Origin: a virus
DNA: 64,000 bases
Reading direction: 5' to 3' (one strand)
Virus record (IMG/VR): IMGVR_UViG_3300023174_000065
Positions 1 through 9,718 of this stretch are shown here, piece after piece; within the stretch, counting starts at the first letter, position 1; the number at the start of each line of letters is the position of its first letter. The notes below the pieces were generated by a model. It was not told the origin of the DNA and did no database searches. It saw only the letters and a program-made list of their open reading frames with translations. The translations under genes and the position numbers were made by a program.

Positions 1-1
1 T

Positions 2-2110
2 ACTAGTTTATTTGGACAGGCAGGCGCCGATATCTTAAAAGCTGGCTCTCAGGGAATACAAGTACAAACTGAAGAGGGTCAAGCATTTGCCAAGGTCAGT
101 AGCAGAGCATATGCAGACATGTTAAGATATGGCGAAGCTGCTAAAAATGGTACTATGTCATCTGGTGAATTGGCTAAATTACAAAATAAAATTAGACAAG
201 AATTTTCAGAGGACGCCGCAAAATTTGGAACAGGAGTGGGAGCGGCAGCACAGGTGTTTGCTAAAATACAAGAGGCTGGACTCCAGGCAGCAAGAGATCA
301 CGGAAAATCATCTGCTCAGCTAGATGCAGTTGATGCAAGAATAAAAGAAGAACAAATAAACAGAGGAAAAAGCCAAGCAGCTTCACAAGCTGATCAGCAA
401 GTTGCAATGATTAAAATGGCAAATGATGTTATGGCAGCCCTTCTATCACTTTCCCGTCAATTGCAACCTATAATGACACAGATTTTAGGATATTTTCAAA
501 CATTTATTAAGTCATTGTCCGATTATGTAGTACATCATCCTAATACTATCAAAGATTTAGGAGATCAGCTTTCAAAGTTAAAAGACAATATCGTATATAT
601 CAAAGATATATTGAAAAACACATTTATTAATATAGACAGTACGTTAAAATCTTTGGGAATATCTTGGGGAACAGCAATTGGTGGTGTTATTCTTGGAATT
701 ATTGCGCTCCAGAAAGGCCTCGCGGGTATGGTGTTTGGAGGTGTTAAAGGATTAATTTCAGGAGGAGGAGGCGGTGCAGCAGGAGGTGCAGCAGAAGGTG
801 CAGCAGGAGGTACGGCAGGAGGAGTATTAAAAGGGTTAGGAGCTGGATTTGCTAGTGCTGCTAGTTGGCTTTTCAAAGGAATTGCAATAGGAGCATCACT
901 ATACGCCATTGGGTGGGGTATGGAAAAACTAGGCACTGGATTATTACCCTTTCAGCAATTAGATTGGGAAACAATAGGTAAAGGCCTAGTTGCAATGACC
1001 GGCCTAGGAGCACTTGGTGCTGCTGCAGGTGCTCTGAGCGAACTTATACTCCCAGGAGCGCTTGCTATAGGAGCCCTAGGATTAGCGCTTCAAACATTTC
1101 CTAGTGGAATTTTAGGAGAGTTAGGAGATCTATTTTCCAAAGTATCTCACGCAATAGGAGATCTATTCGTAAGTACACTCAATGCAGTTGTCGAAGGATT
1201 GACTAACTTAAGTAATATAAATCCAGCAGGTTTGCTTGGAGTAGCAGCAGGAGTTACAACATTAGGTGGAGCATTTGCGGTTTTTGGAGTTGGCACATTT
1301 TTAACAGCATTAACAAATTATGAAAGTCTGACTAATGGATTGTCAAAACTTACTACAATTGATCCTAGTAATCTTGAAAATATAGGTAAAGGAATTAAAA
1401 ATTTTGTTAAAAATCTTCCAGGAGCAGTAGACTCTTTGAGCAGTTATTGGGGAGGAATAGGCAGCACTCTTGATTCTATCGGAGATGGAATGATAAAGAT
1501 TTCACAATCATCTCCAAATAATTTAATATTACTCACTAAATTTATTCAAACAGTATCTGCTGCCAAAATTGGAAGCAGTGGAATAATAATTTTTAATGAT
1601 AATACAGTTAAACTATTGGATACTTTTTCAAAATTGCCGTTGAAGCCAAATGTAGACCAGGTAGAGAAACTAAAAATGCTAGCATTAACTAACATGGATG
1701 CCGCTACAAGAAATTTAAACAACTTTGGAACAAGTCTTGATAAGTTAATAAAAATTGATACTACCAAAATGGACATATTGTCTGAATCAATTACCAAATT
1801 AAAGACTGCTATTACTCCTGATAAACAAGAGCAAAATATTGCTAGACAGGGAATTAATTATATTGTTGGACTTTTAGGAGGCACAACATCTGATATGGGA
1901 CCAGGCACCGGTAGCGACACAAATGACACTAGTAAATATTTGAATACTAATATTGGTATTCCCGAAGGTGCTAGTGCTCAGGAAATAATAGAGAAAGAAT
2001 TGCAGATATTAAATAGTAACATAGCAAGACTTGTAAATTTAAATGTCGATATTAAAGATAACACCAAGCGCACCGTTGATAATATGAATACAAATCTATT
2101 TAGAAGATAA
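2..2110 (+). CDS. Tape-measure/baseplate-hub-like virion protein, 5'-truncated by the window
   Basis: Frame is open from nt 2. Long amphipathic helical and Gly/Ala-rich hydrophobic segments typical of tape-measure proteins. Lies directly upstream of the portal gene. Confidence 0.55.
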   Translation, partial: TSLFGQAGADILKAGSQGIQVQTEEGQAFAKVSSRAYADMLRYGEAAKNGTMSSGELAKLQNKIRQEFSEDAAKFGTGVGAAAQVFAKIQEAGLQAARDHGKSSAQLDAVDARIKEEQINRGKSQAASQADQQVAMIKMANDVMAALLSLSRQLQPIMTQILGYFQTFIKSLSDYVVHHPNTIKDLGDQLSKLKDNIVYIKDILKNTFINIDSTLKSLGISWGTAIGGVILGIIALQKGLAGMVFGGVKGLISGGGGGAAGGAAEGAAGGTAGGVLKGLGAGFASAASWLFKGIAIGASLYAIGWGMEKLGTGLLPFQQLDWETIGKGLVAMTGLGALGAAAGALSELILPGALAIGALGLALQTFPSGILGELGDLFSKVSHAIGDLFVSTLNAVVEGLTNLSNINPAGLLGVAAGVTTLGGAFAVFGVGTFLTALTNYESLTNGLSKLTTIDPSNLENIGKGIKNFVKNLPGAVDSLSSYWGGIGSTLDSIGDGMIKISQSSPNNLILLTKFIQTVSAAKIGSSGIIIFNDNTVKLLDTFSKLPLKPNVDQVEKLKMLALTNMDAATRNLNNFGTSLDKLIKIDTTKMDILSESITKLKTAITPDKQEQNIARQGINYIVGLLGGTTSDMGPGTGSDTNDTSKYLNTNIGIPEGASAQEIIEKELQILNSNIARLVNLNVDIKDNTKRTVDNMNTNLFRR

Positions 2111-2121
2111 GGATACTTACA

Positions 2122-3846
2122 TTGAGTTGGAAAAAATATTTTACTCCCGTAAACACTGATGGCGCCAATAGTCCAGTAGGAAGTACGTCAAATAGAGCAA
2201 ATCCCAGTCGTGCAAATTACTCTAGTTTTTTGCCAGATGTGTATTCAGGTCACCCAAACCGTCAGGAAAGATATTCCCAATATAACACCATGGACTCAGA
2301 TTCAGAAGTCAATGCTGCACTTGATATTCTTGCTGAATTTTGCACTCAAATTAATGATACCAACCGTACTCCATTTGAATTCTTTTTTAGAGACACTGCG
2401 ACTCAGGCTGAGATTCTAGTCTTAAGAAAATATCTCCAGCAATGGTGCAAGATGAATAAGTTCACAAACAGAATTTTTAAAATAGTCAGAAATGCATTTA
2501 AGTTCGGTGATGTGTTCTTTGTCAGGGATCCTGAAACCCAAGAGTGGATGTATATTGATCCATCAAAAGTTGATAAAATCATTGTCAATGAAAGCAGTGG
2601 AAAATTACCAGAGCAATATGTAATTAGAGATCTTAATATTAATTTGCAAAATTTGACAGTAACTCAGATTAATCCTAGTAATACCTCAGGTACACCAGGA
2701 GGCACCAATTACATGACTGCTGGCACTCAGCAACGAGGCATGGCTGGAAGCATTCCAGGAAATGTTGGAACCAGATTTCAACTTAATCAAAATCAGTATG
2801 CTATAGATGCCAAACATGTAATTCACCTATCGATGAGTGAAGGATTAGATGATAATTTTCCCTTTGGTAACAGTCTATTAGAAAGTATTTTTAAAGTTTA
2901 TAAGCAAAAAGAATTACTTGAAGACGCGATTATCATTTATCGTGTGCAACGTGCTCCAGAGCGTAGAGTATTTTATATTGACGTTGGTAACATGCCAAGT
3001 CACCTAGCAATGAGCTTTGTTGAAAGAGTCAAGAACGAAGTAAATCAACGAAGAATTCCTAGTTTGACCGGTGGCGGAACAAGCGTTATTGACACTAGCT
3101 ACAACCCATTAGCAATAGGTGATGATTTCTTCTTTCCACAAACTGCGGAGGGAAGAGGTAGTAAAGTTGAAATTCTTCCAGGCGGATCAAATTTGGGGGA
3201 AATAGATGATTTACGGTACTTTACTAATAAGCTTTTTAGAGCGTTGCGTATTCCTAGCAGCTACCTTCCCACCGGTCCTGATGATGGAGGCTCTGCCTTT
3301 AACGATGGTAGAGTGGGAACCGCCTATATCCAAGAGTTGAGATTCAACAAATATTGTCAGAGATTACAAGGAATCTTAAACGAGCACTTTGATAATGAAT
3401 TTAAATTGTATCTCTTTAACAAAGGGGTTAATGTTGATCCTAATATTTTTGATATTAAATTTAATCCTCCTCAGAACTTTGCCTCATATCGCCAAGCAGA
3501 AATGGACACCGTTCGGGTTTCCACGTTTGCAAGTATGTCAGAGGTAGCCTTTATTAGTAAGCGATTTGCATTAAAGCGTTTCTTAGGTATGAGCGAAGAA
3601 GAAGTTGCAGAAAATCAAAAGTTGTGGAGAGAGGAAAATCTGGAAAATATTCATCAGGGACTAGGTGCTAGTGCGGAAATGAGATCAGCGGGAATTACAG
3701 CAGGTGGTGCAGCAATGGATCTAGGTGCAATTGATAATGCTGGTATTCCTCCAGAAGGAATGACAGACGGTGATACGGGAGCGGCACCACCAGCTCCAGG
3801 AGCGGCACCAACGCCAGGAGCTACTTCAGCTCCTCCGCCGATGTAA
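2122..3846 (+). CDS. gp20: Portal vertex protein (T4 gp20-like), TTG start
   Basis: Motifs LLEDAIIIYRVQRAPERRVFYIDVGNMP, EGRGSKVEILPGGSNLGEIDDLRYF and ELRFNKYCQRLQ. Confidence 0.95.
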   Translation: MSWKKYFTPVNTDGANSPVGSTSNRANPSRANYSSFLPDVYSGHPNRQERYSQYNTMDSDSEVNAALDILAEFCTQINDTNRTPFEFFFRDTATQAEILVLRKYLQQWCKMNKFTNRIFKIVRNAFKFGDVFFVRDPETQEWMYIDPSKVDKIIVNESSGKLPEQYVIRDLNINLQNLTVTQINPSNTSGTPGGTNYMTAGTQQRGMAGSIPGNVGTRFQLNQNQYAIDAKHVIHLSMSEGLDDNFPFGNSLLESIFKVYKQKELLEDAIIIYRVQRAPERRVFYIDVGNMPSHLAMSFVERVKNEVNQRRIPSLTGGGTSVIDTSYNPLAIGDDFFFPQTAEGRGSKVEILPGGSNLGEIDDLRYFTNKLFRALRIPSSYLPTGPDDGGSAFNDGRVGTAYIQELRFNKYCQRLQGILNEHFDNEFKLYLFNKGVNVDPNIFDIKFNPPQNFASYRQAEMDTVRVSTFASMSEVAFISKRFALKRFLGMSEEEVAENQKLWREENLENIHQGLGASAEMRSAGITAGGAAMDLGAIDNAGIPPEGMTDGDTGAAPPAPGAAPTPGATSAPPPM

Positions 3847-3847
3847 G

Positions 3848-3855
3848 TATAAATA
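3848..3855 (+). promoter_or_regulatory. T4-type late promoter TATAAATA, 5 nt upstream of ATG 3861
   Basis: Exact T4 late consensus in the intergenic gap. Confidence 0.75.
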
Positions 3856-3860
3856 ATCAT

Positions 3861-4112
3861 ATGCTGCTAAGAGAATTCATATATTTCAATGACAAAGATC
3901 CTGATCAGAAACAGGACCGTCGTTATGATCCTAGAGACGATAAAAGTATTCTAGATGTCAATAGTACTAGAAAGACTCGTCTAACACTGGGAATGATAAA
4001 CAAGCTTCGCCTAGCAGGTGAAGCGCGTGAGCAAGAAATCGAAGAAGATATGGTATTAATTAGAGCCATGTATGCTATTCCACCTGTACAAGATGCAGCA
4101 CCTATGATGTAA
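3861..4112 (+). CDS. Small head-module protein (MLLREF N-terminus)
   Basis: ORF between portal and core genes, with a late promoter. Confidence 0.7.
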   Translation: MLLREFIYFNDKDPDQKQDRRYDPRDDKSILDVNSTRKTRLTLGMINKLRLAGEAREQEIEEDMVLIRAMYAIPPVQDAAPMM

Positions 4113-4126
4113 AATTTTTTATTTTT

Positions 4127-4210
4127 TATAAATATAATTTTGCCCAGTAAAAATCAAAAACCTCTATTTTAGGTGCATTCCACCCGCTATTTTAGCGTTA
4201 TTTGTAAATA
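4127..4210 (+). promoter_or_regulatory. Late promoters TATAAATA (4127-4134) and TGTAAATA (4203-4210) upstream of the prohead core gene
   Basis: Consensus boxes in the intergenic region. AAGGAG SD before ATG 4248. Confidence 0.6.
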
Positions 4211-4247
4211 TACAAAACAATCCACACATTATCAAGGAGATTAATTT

Positions 4248-5282
4248 ATGTCTAAATTTGAACAACTATTAGACTTAATTGTAAATGAAGAAAAAGCAAA
4301 GGCTGACGAGCTATTTCATGAAATTGTCGTAGAAATGTCACGCAGTATTTATGAAAAAATTCTTTCTGAAGAAGAACAAGAAGAGCAAGATTCAGAAGAT
4401 GAAGAATCAGAAGATGATACTAACGAAAGTTATGTTGACGAATTCGCAAAAGGTGATGAATTTGGTGATGAATTCCCTATTCAGGACAAAACTGATGACT
4501 TTGAGGACGATGTTGTAGATCACGAGTTTGGTGATGAACATGATGACGAATTGGGTCATGAAGAAGATGAAGATGCGCCTGCTACTAAAGACGATATTCA
4601 TGATCTAACAGATTCTCTAGAAGAGCTAAAAGCCGCATTTCAAAAAATACTAGACGGTGGCTCGCTCGATCTTGATTCCGAAGAAGATGATTCAGATATG
4701 GACTCAATGGGTAATTTTGATGATGAAGAATCAGATGACGAAGAGTCAGATTATGAAGAAGAATCAGCCGATGATGAAGAGTCAGATGACGAAGAATCAG
4801 AAGATGAAGAGTCAAAAATGCCGTTTGAATCCCGCAAGAGCCAGGGTGAAACCATGCGTGAATACATCGAAAAGATCACTGCAACAATGGATGGCGGTCT
4901 TGTAGGCGGTCGAACAGGCGAAACAATGTCTGCTCCTAAAGAAGGCAAGAGTGTAGTTAGTTCAGGATCTGGTAAACCAACCAGTGGTGCTAATGCAAAA
5001 AATATTGCACAATCAGGCGATTGCACTGACGAAGATGGTACCTCACCAAAGGGTAAAGTTGGCGGTCTAGTTAAGAAGGGCGGTGATTATCCTCACGCTG
5101 GCAACTTTGAAAATTCCCAGAATAAAGGTCGTACCACAAAGAACATTTGGGGCCAGGCTAAGAAGCCAGGCAACAAAGAAGGTGCTGGAGTTGGTGCAGT
5201 TGCCGGCGGCGACAAAGCAGGTCAGACAGGTGGTGTAATCACCAAAAGTCCTATAACTGGCGCCCCTAATAGAGCAAAGTAA
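4248..5282 (+). CDS. Highly acidic prohead core protein (gp67/gp68-like position)
   Basis: D/E-rich with DDEES repeats and a G/K-rich tail. Lies between portal and protease. Strong SD. Confidence 0.65.
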   Translation: MSKFEQLLDLIVNEEKAKADELFHEIVVEMSRSIYEKILSEEEQEEQDSEDEESEDDTNESYVDEFAKGDEFGDEFPIQDKTDDFEDDVVDHEFGDEHDDELGHEEDEDAPATKDDIHDLTDSLEELKAAFQKILDGGSLDLDSEEDDSDMDSMGNFDDEESDDEESDYEEESADDEESDDEESEDEESKMPFESRKSQGETMREYIEKITATMDGGLVGGRTGETMSAPKEGKSVVSSGSGKPTSGANAKNIAQSGDCTDEDGTSPKGKVGGLVKKGGDYPHAGNFENSQNKGRTTKNIWGQAKKPGNKEGAGVGAVAGGDKAGQTGGVITKSPITGAPNRAK

Positions 5283-5291
5283 GGAATCACG

Positions 5292-5918
5292 ATGTCGCGC
5301 TACTTACGAGAACATTTGAGTTTTGACCAAGCTCGCGTCATTTTAGAAAATGATGGAGAGAATGGTAAAAATCTTTGGTTAAAAGGCATTTGCATCCAAG
5401 GCGGGATCCGCAACGCTAATCAGCGTGTTTATCCAGTTAATGAAATTGGCAATGCTGTCAAGACATTGAATGACCAGATTCAAAACGGATATAGTGTTCT
5501 CGGAGAAGTTGACCATCCAGATGATCTTAAAGTAAATTTAGACCGTGTGTCGCACATGATTACAGAAATGTGGATGGACGGTCCTAATGGATATGGCAAG
5601 ATGAAAATTTTGCCAACTCCTATGGGTAATCTCATCAAGACAATGTTAGAATCAGGCGTAAAACTTGGCGTAAGTTCCAGAGGTAGCGGAAACGTTAAAG
5701 ACGGAACTGGAGAAGTTTCTGATTTTGAAATTATCACTGTTGATATTGTTGCCCAGCCGAGCGCGCCTGGAGCTTATCCAACTCCTGTATACGAGCATCT
5801 TATGAATAATAAGGGCGGATATCAAAGTTGGAGAGTTGCGCAAGAAGTTAAAGAAGATCCAAAGGCCCAAAAATATCTGCAAGAATCTATCGTGCAGATT
5901 ATTAAAGGTCTAAAATAA
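5292..5918 (+). CDS. gp21: Prohead protease (T4 gp21-like)
   Basis: Motifs NANQRVYP, GEVDHP, VSHMI, LGVSSRGSG and DIVAQPSAPGAY. Confidence 0.95.
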   Translation: MSRYLREHLSFDQARVILENDGENGKNLWLKGICIQGGIRNANQRVYPVNEIGNAVKTLNDQIQNGYSVLGEVDHPDDLKVNLDRVSHMITEMWMDGPNGYGKMKILPTPMGNLIKTMLESGVKLGVSSRGSGNVKDGTGEVSDFEIITVDIVAQPSAPGAYPTPVYEHLMNNKGGYQSWRVAQEVKEDPKAQKYLQESIVQIIKGLK

Positions 5919-5934
5919 GCCCGAGGAGAAATAG

Positions 5935-7017
5935 ATGTTGGATGCATTCAAACAGTTAGTAGAAAGCGGCATGATGTCAGAACAAGTTCGTTCTGCTGTC
6001 CAAGAAGCTTTTGATCTAAGAATCCAAGAGAATCGCGACCAAGTCACAGCCGAACTCCGTGAAGAATTTGCTCAAAAATACGAACACGACAAAGGCGTTA
6101 TCATTGAATCTATGAATTCAATGCTAAGTGAAAGATTGGCCGCAGAAATTACTGAATTTGCTGAGGATAGACGTGCTTTGGCCGAAACCCGTGCCAAGTA
6201 TGTTGAAAAAATGAAAGGTGACACCAGAATGATGGAATCTTTTGTTACTCATCAATTAGCTAATGAACTTAAAGAATTCCAAAGCGACCGAGTAAAAGTC
6301 GCAGAGAATTTTGAAAAGCTTGAGCAGTTCGTTGTAAACGCACTTGCAAGAGAAATTTCTGAGTTTGCCGAAGACAAGCGTGATCTAGCTGAAACTAAAG
6401 TCAAGCTAGTAGCAGGTGCTAAGGCAAAACTTGACGAAGTTAAAACACAATTCATCAAACGCGCATCTACAACTGTACAGAAAACAGTAGAAGCAACTTT
6501 ACGTAATGAGATTTATCAGTTGCGTGAAGATATTGATTCTGCTCGAACAAGCAGCTTTGGACGTCGTATTTTTGAAGCATACGCTCAAGAATTCCAGCAC
6601 AGTTTTCTTAATGAAAAGTCAGAAACATCAAAATTGTTGAAGATCATCAATAAGAAAGATGCTGAAATTGCCGAAGCAAAATCATCCCAGGTAGAAGCTC
6701 TCCAACTAGCAGAATCCAAAGAACGCGAACTTCGTGTTCAGAAAGATTTGATGGAGCGTAAAGTCGTAATGGGTGAACTATTAGCACCTCTAAGTGCTGA
6801 TAAAAAAGGAATCATGCGTGAACTATTGGAGTCAGTAGACACCAATCGTTTAGCAGGAGCCTTCGATAAATACCTACCCGCAGTCATGGAAGGCGAAACA
6901 CGAAAGCCAAAAACTTCTGCTGTTTTAACAGAAGCAGTTGGTGATCGTAACGTAAAAAATACTGAGGTAGGCTTAGATAATATAGTAGATATCCGCAAAT
7001 TGGCGGGTCTAAAATAA
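5935..7017 (+). CDS. gp22: Prohead scaffold/core protein (T4 gp22-like)
   Basis: Coiled-coil, E-rich. Lies between protease and capsid. Ends IRKLAGLK. Confidence 0.8.
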   Translation: MLDAFKQLVESGMMSEQVRSAVQEAFDLRIQENRDQVTAELREEFAQKYEHDKGVIIESMNSMLSERLAAEITEFAEDRRALAETRAKYVEKMKGDTRMMESFVTHQLANELKEFQSDRVKVAENFEKLEQFVVNALAREISEFAEDKRDLAETKVKLVAGAKAKLDEVKTQFIKRASTTVQKTVEATLRNEIYQLREDIDSARTSSFGRRIFEAYAQEFQHSFLNEKSETSKLLKIINKKDAEIAEAKSSQVEALQLAESKERELRVQKDLMERKVVMGELLAPLSADKKGIMRELLESVDTNRLAGAFDKYLPAVMEGETRKPKTSAVLTEAVGDRNVKNTEVGLDNIVDIRKLAGLK

Positions 7018-7036
7018 CATTTTCAAGGAGAAAAAA

Positions 7037-8212
7037 ATGTCACAACTTCTGAACGAAAGATGGTCAGAAACCAAAGAAGCTCTGCTTGAAGGCCTCCAAG
7101 GGACCCGCAAAGCTTCGATGTCTGTATGCCTAGATAATACACGTCGTTACCTTTCAGAAAGCGCTTCCTCTGGTGCGACTTCTGCAGGCAACATTGCTAC
7201 ACTAAACCGCGTCATTCTTCCAGTAATTCGACGTGTTATGCCAACTGTTATTGCTAACGAAATCGTTGGTGTTCAGCCAATGACTGGTCCAGTTGCTCAG
7301 ATCCACACTCTACGTGTTCGTTATGCTGATAACGCATCAGACGTAGTTGCTGGTGAAGAAGCACTATCACCATTCAAGATTGCTGCTGCATACTCAGGTA
7401 ATGATTCTGCATCAGCTCCAAAGGCAACTTCAACTGCACAGCTTGAAGGTACTCCAGGTCGTAGAATGAGCATTCAGATCTTGAAGGCACCAGTTGAAGC
7501 AAAGAGCCGTAAGCTCTCTGCTCGTTGGACCTTCGAAGCTGCTCAAGATGCACAGGCTCAGCAGGGCATTGACATCGAAGCAGAAATCATGGCAGCTCTT
7601 GCACAGGAAATCACAACTGAAATCGATCAGGAAATCCTTGCATCACTCCGTGCTCTTGCATCAGTCGAAGAAACATATGACCAGTCACTTGTTTCTGGTA
7701 CAGCAACATTCGTTGGTGACGAACATGCTGCTCTTGCAATTCAGATTAACCGCGTAAGCAACAAGATTGCACAGCGTACTCGTCGTGGTGCTGGTAACTG
7801 GGCTGTTGTGTCTAACCAGGCACTAACAATCCTACAGTCAGCTACCACTTCTGCGTTTGCTCGTACAACTGAAGGTACTTTTGAAGCACCTACAAACACT
7901 AAGTTCGTTGGTACTCTAAACGGTGCTATGCGCGTTTATGTTGATGCATATCGTCCAGATAGCGACGACGACAACCAGGTTCTTATTGGTTATAAGGGTT
8001 CGAGCGAAGCAGACGCTGCTGCGTTCTACTGCCCATATATTCCTCTAATGAGTTCAGGTGTTGTTCTTGACCCAGCAACTTTTGAACCAGTTGTTGGTTT
8101 CTTGACCCGCTACGGCTACATCGAATTGACAAATACTGCATCGAGTTTGGGAAATGCTGCCGATTACTTGGGCAAGGTTTCAATCACTTCTGCAAACGTA
8201 AGCTTCAAGTAA
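7037..8212 (+). CDS. gp23: Major capsid protein (T4 gp23-like)
   Basis: Motifs IRRVMP, VGVQPMTGP, AKSRKLSARWT, FYCPYIPL and TRYG. Strong codon bias and SD. Confidence 0.97.
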   Translation: MSQLLNERWSETKEALLEGLQGTRKASMSVCLDNTRRYLSESASSGATSAGNIATLNRVILPVIRRVMPTVIANEIVGVQPMTGPVAQIHTLRVRYADNASDVVAGEEALSPFKIAAAYSGNDSASAPKATSTAQLEGTPGRRMSIQILKAPVEAKSRKLSARWTFEAAQDAQAQQGIDIEAEIMAALAQEITTEIDQEILASLRALASVEETYDQSLVSGTATFVGDEHAALAIQINRVSNKIAQRTRRGAGNWAVVSNQALTILQSATTSAFARTTEGTFEAPTNTKFVGTLNGAMRVYVDAYRPDSDDDNQVLIGYKGSSEADAAAFYCPYIPLMSSGVVLDPATFEPVVGFLTRYGYIELTNTASSLGNAADYLGKVSITSANVSFK

Positions 8213-8237
8213 GTTTAACTCACAAGTACAAAAAATT

Positions 8238-8268
8238 GAAAGCGCGGCGAAAGTCGCGCTTTCTTTTT
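8238..8268 (+). terminator. Rho-independent terminator after the capsid gene
   Basis: GAAAGCGCGGC-GAAA-GTCGCGCTTTC followed by TTTTT. Confidence 0.9.
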
Positions 8269-8291
8269 GTATAGAATTTAAAAATAATAGC

Positions 8292-8314
8292 AATGCAGCA
8301 GACTATAATAAATA
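8292..8314 (+). promoter_or_regulatory. Late promoter AATAAATA (8307-8314) with an abutting putative operator AATGCAGCAGACTAT
   Basis: The box is 4 nt upstream of ATG 8319. The preceding 15 nt read NAADY, matching the capsid C-terminus. Confidence 0.6.
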
Positions 8315-8318
8315 TAAG

Positions 8319-9119
8319 ATGAAACATTTTATATACAAAACAACTCACGTTAATGGCAAATACTACATTGGTCGTCATAGTACCGATAATATAGATGATG
8401 GTTATATTGGATCGGGAAGATGGCCCAGGTCTATCAAAGATAAGTCAGTATTGACTAGGGAAATTCTAGAATTTGCCGAAGATTATGATCATCTAATTAG
8501 GTTAGAAAATCAATATCTAGTAGAACATTATGGAAAACCAAACTGCATGAATATGAGCAATGTTAGTACTGGATATGCGACCGGCAATGCTAATCCAATG
8601 AATAATCCAGAAACTGCTTCAAAAATTAGTGGTGATAATCATTGGTTAAAAAAGAATCCAGAAAGGATTGAAGAAATAAAAGATAGACAACTAATTGCAT
8701 CAAAAGACGGGACACACAATTGGTTAGGCTCAAGAAATCCTAATAAAGATGGTTCTATATCTAGAAAAACTGCATCTGAAGGATGCAATATATTTCAAAC
8801 CAACAATCCCAGTATATGGAGAAGTGAGCAAGGAATTCATCATTGGCAAAATGGTAATAGTCCTAACTATGAAGGTAAACTTAATAAAAAATTAGTTGAA
8901 GAAGGTCGGCATAACTGGCTAGGTCCAGATGCAAATAATAAACGAATTTCAGAGGGTACACATAATTTTCTTGGCAGTGCAAGCAATGAAAAAATGCTGG
9001 CAGAAGGCAGTCATCCGTCTCAGCAAAAGAAAATATGTGAACATTGTGACAAATCTATGAGCGTGGGCATGTACAAACGTTGGCATGGCGACAATTGCAA
9101 ATTTAAGGAACCACGATGA
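8319..9119 (+). CDS. Free-standing GIY-YIG (Seg-like) homing endonuclease
   Basis: N-terminal FIYKTT...YYIGRHST...YIGSG. About seven GxHxW/F repeats. C-terminal CxxC...RWHGDNCK. Confidence 0.85.
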   Translation: MKHFIYKTTHVNGKYYIGRHSTDNIDDGYIGSGRWPRSIKDKSVLTREILEFAEDYDHLIRLENQYLVEHYGKPNCMNMSNVSTGYATGNANPMNNPETASKISGDNHWLKKNPERIEEIKDRQLIASKDGTHNWLGSRNPNKDGSISRKTASEGCNIFQTNNPSIWRSEQGIHHWQNGNSPNYEGKLNKKLVEEGRHNWLGPDANNKRISEGTHNFLGSASNEKMLAEGSHPSQQKKICEHCDKSMSVGMYKRWHGDNCKFKEPR

Positions 9120-9361
9120 AACTATATGAACATAATGGCAAAATATATGAAATAAAAATTGTCGAGGGCGTTGAAATTATTGAATCTGAAGAAAAGCCTG
9201 GTCCAGGATGGATACAGGTAGATGTTGACAATTTAATGATACTCAAGCACTTTCAGAAAAAAAGTCAACGCCGTGTTGAGAGTTTAACAGACTTTCTTAA
9301 GGATATAGAACTATCTTCAGATTTTAAGGATTCGGCAAGTGAGAATATTCGAGATAACTGA
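9116..9361 (+). CDS. Hypothetical protein (MKLYE N-terminus)
   Basis: ATGA overlap with the upstream gene and AAGGA SD. Confidence 0.6.
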   Translation: MKLYEHNGKIYEIKIVEGVEIIESEEKPGPGWIQVDVDNLMILKHFQKKSQRRVESLTDFLKDIELSSDFKDSASENIRDN

Positions 9362-9635
9362 TAAAAATAAAACATGGAATGCAATATCAGGAATTAGTAC
9401 GAATTATGAAGAAGAATATACCCTACTTCTGAGAGTCCATAATCTTTACACAAAGATGAAAAGACATCACCAATATCCTGCTATTGTTTCTCAGATGGAT
9501 GATTTTATTACGGATGCTACTAAATTTGTCAATGTTGTATATCCAGATAAAAATGATCCGGACATAGATAATATTAAAAATAATACAAAACAAATGATAA
9601 GTCATATAGAACAACTGCGAACCACCTTACTTTGA
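9339..9635 (+). CDS. Hypothetical protein (MRIFEI N-terminus, GTG start)
   Basis: ORF fills the gap. N-terminus resembles other putative head-packaged proteins in the window. Confidence 0.55.
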   Translation: MRIFEITDKNKTWNAISGISTNYEEEYTLLLRVHNLYTKMKRHHQYPAIVSQMDDFITDATKFVNVVYPDKNDPDIDNIKNNTKQMISHIEQLRTTLL

Positions 9636-9718
9636 CTAAATAGATTGTCAGGTCTTAAAAAGTATTATGCAGAAACCCGCTGCGTATGTCATAGAATGAC
9701 ACATCAAGGAGAAAACAA
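9636..9718 (+). promoter_or_regulatory. Late promoter CTAAATA plus structured 5' leader (two hairpins)
   Basis: TATGCAG-aaacccg-CTGCGTA (9666-9686) and TGTCAT-aga-ATGACA (9687-9701), then AAGGAG SD. Confidence 0.6.

Noticed and set aside
4720-4815. Approximately 15-nt GATGAAGA(A/G)TCA tandem repeat
   Set aside because: Explained by DDEES low-complexity coding in the acidic core protein.
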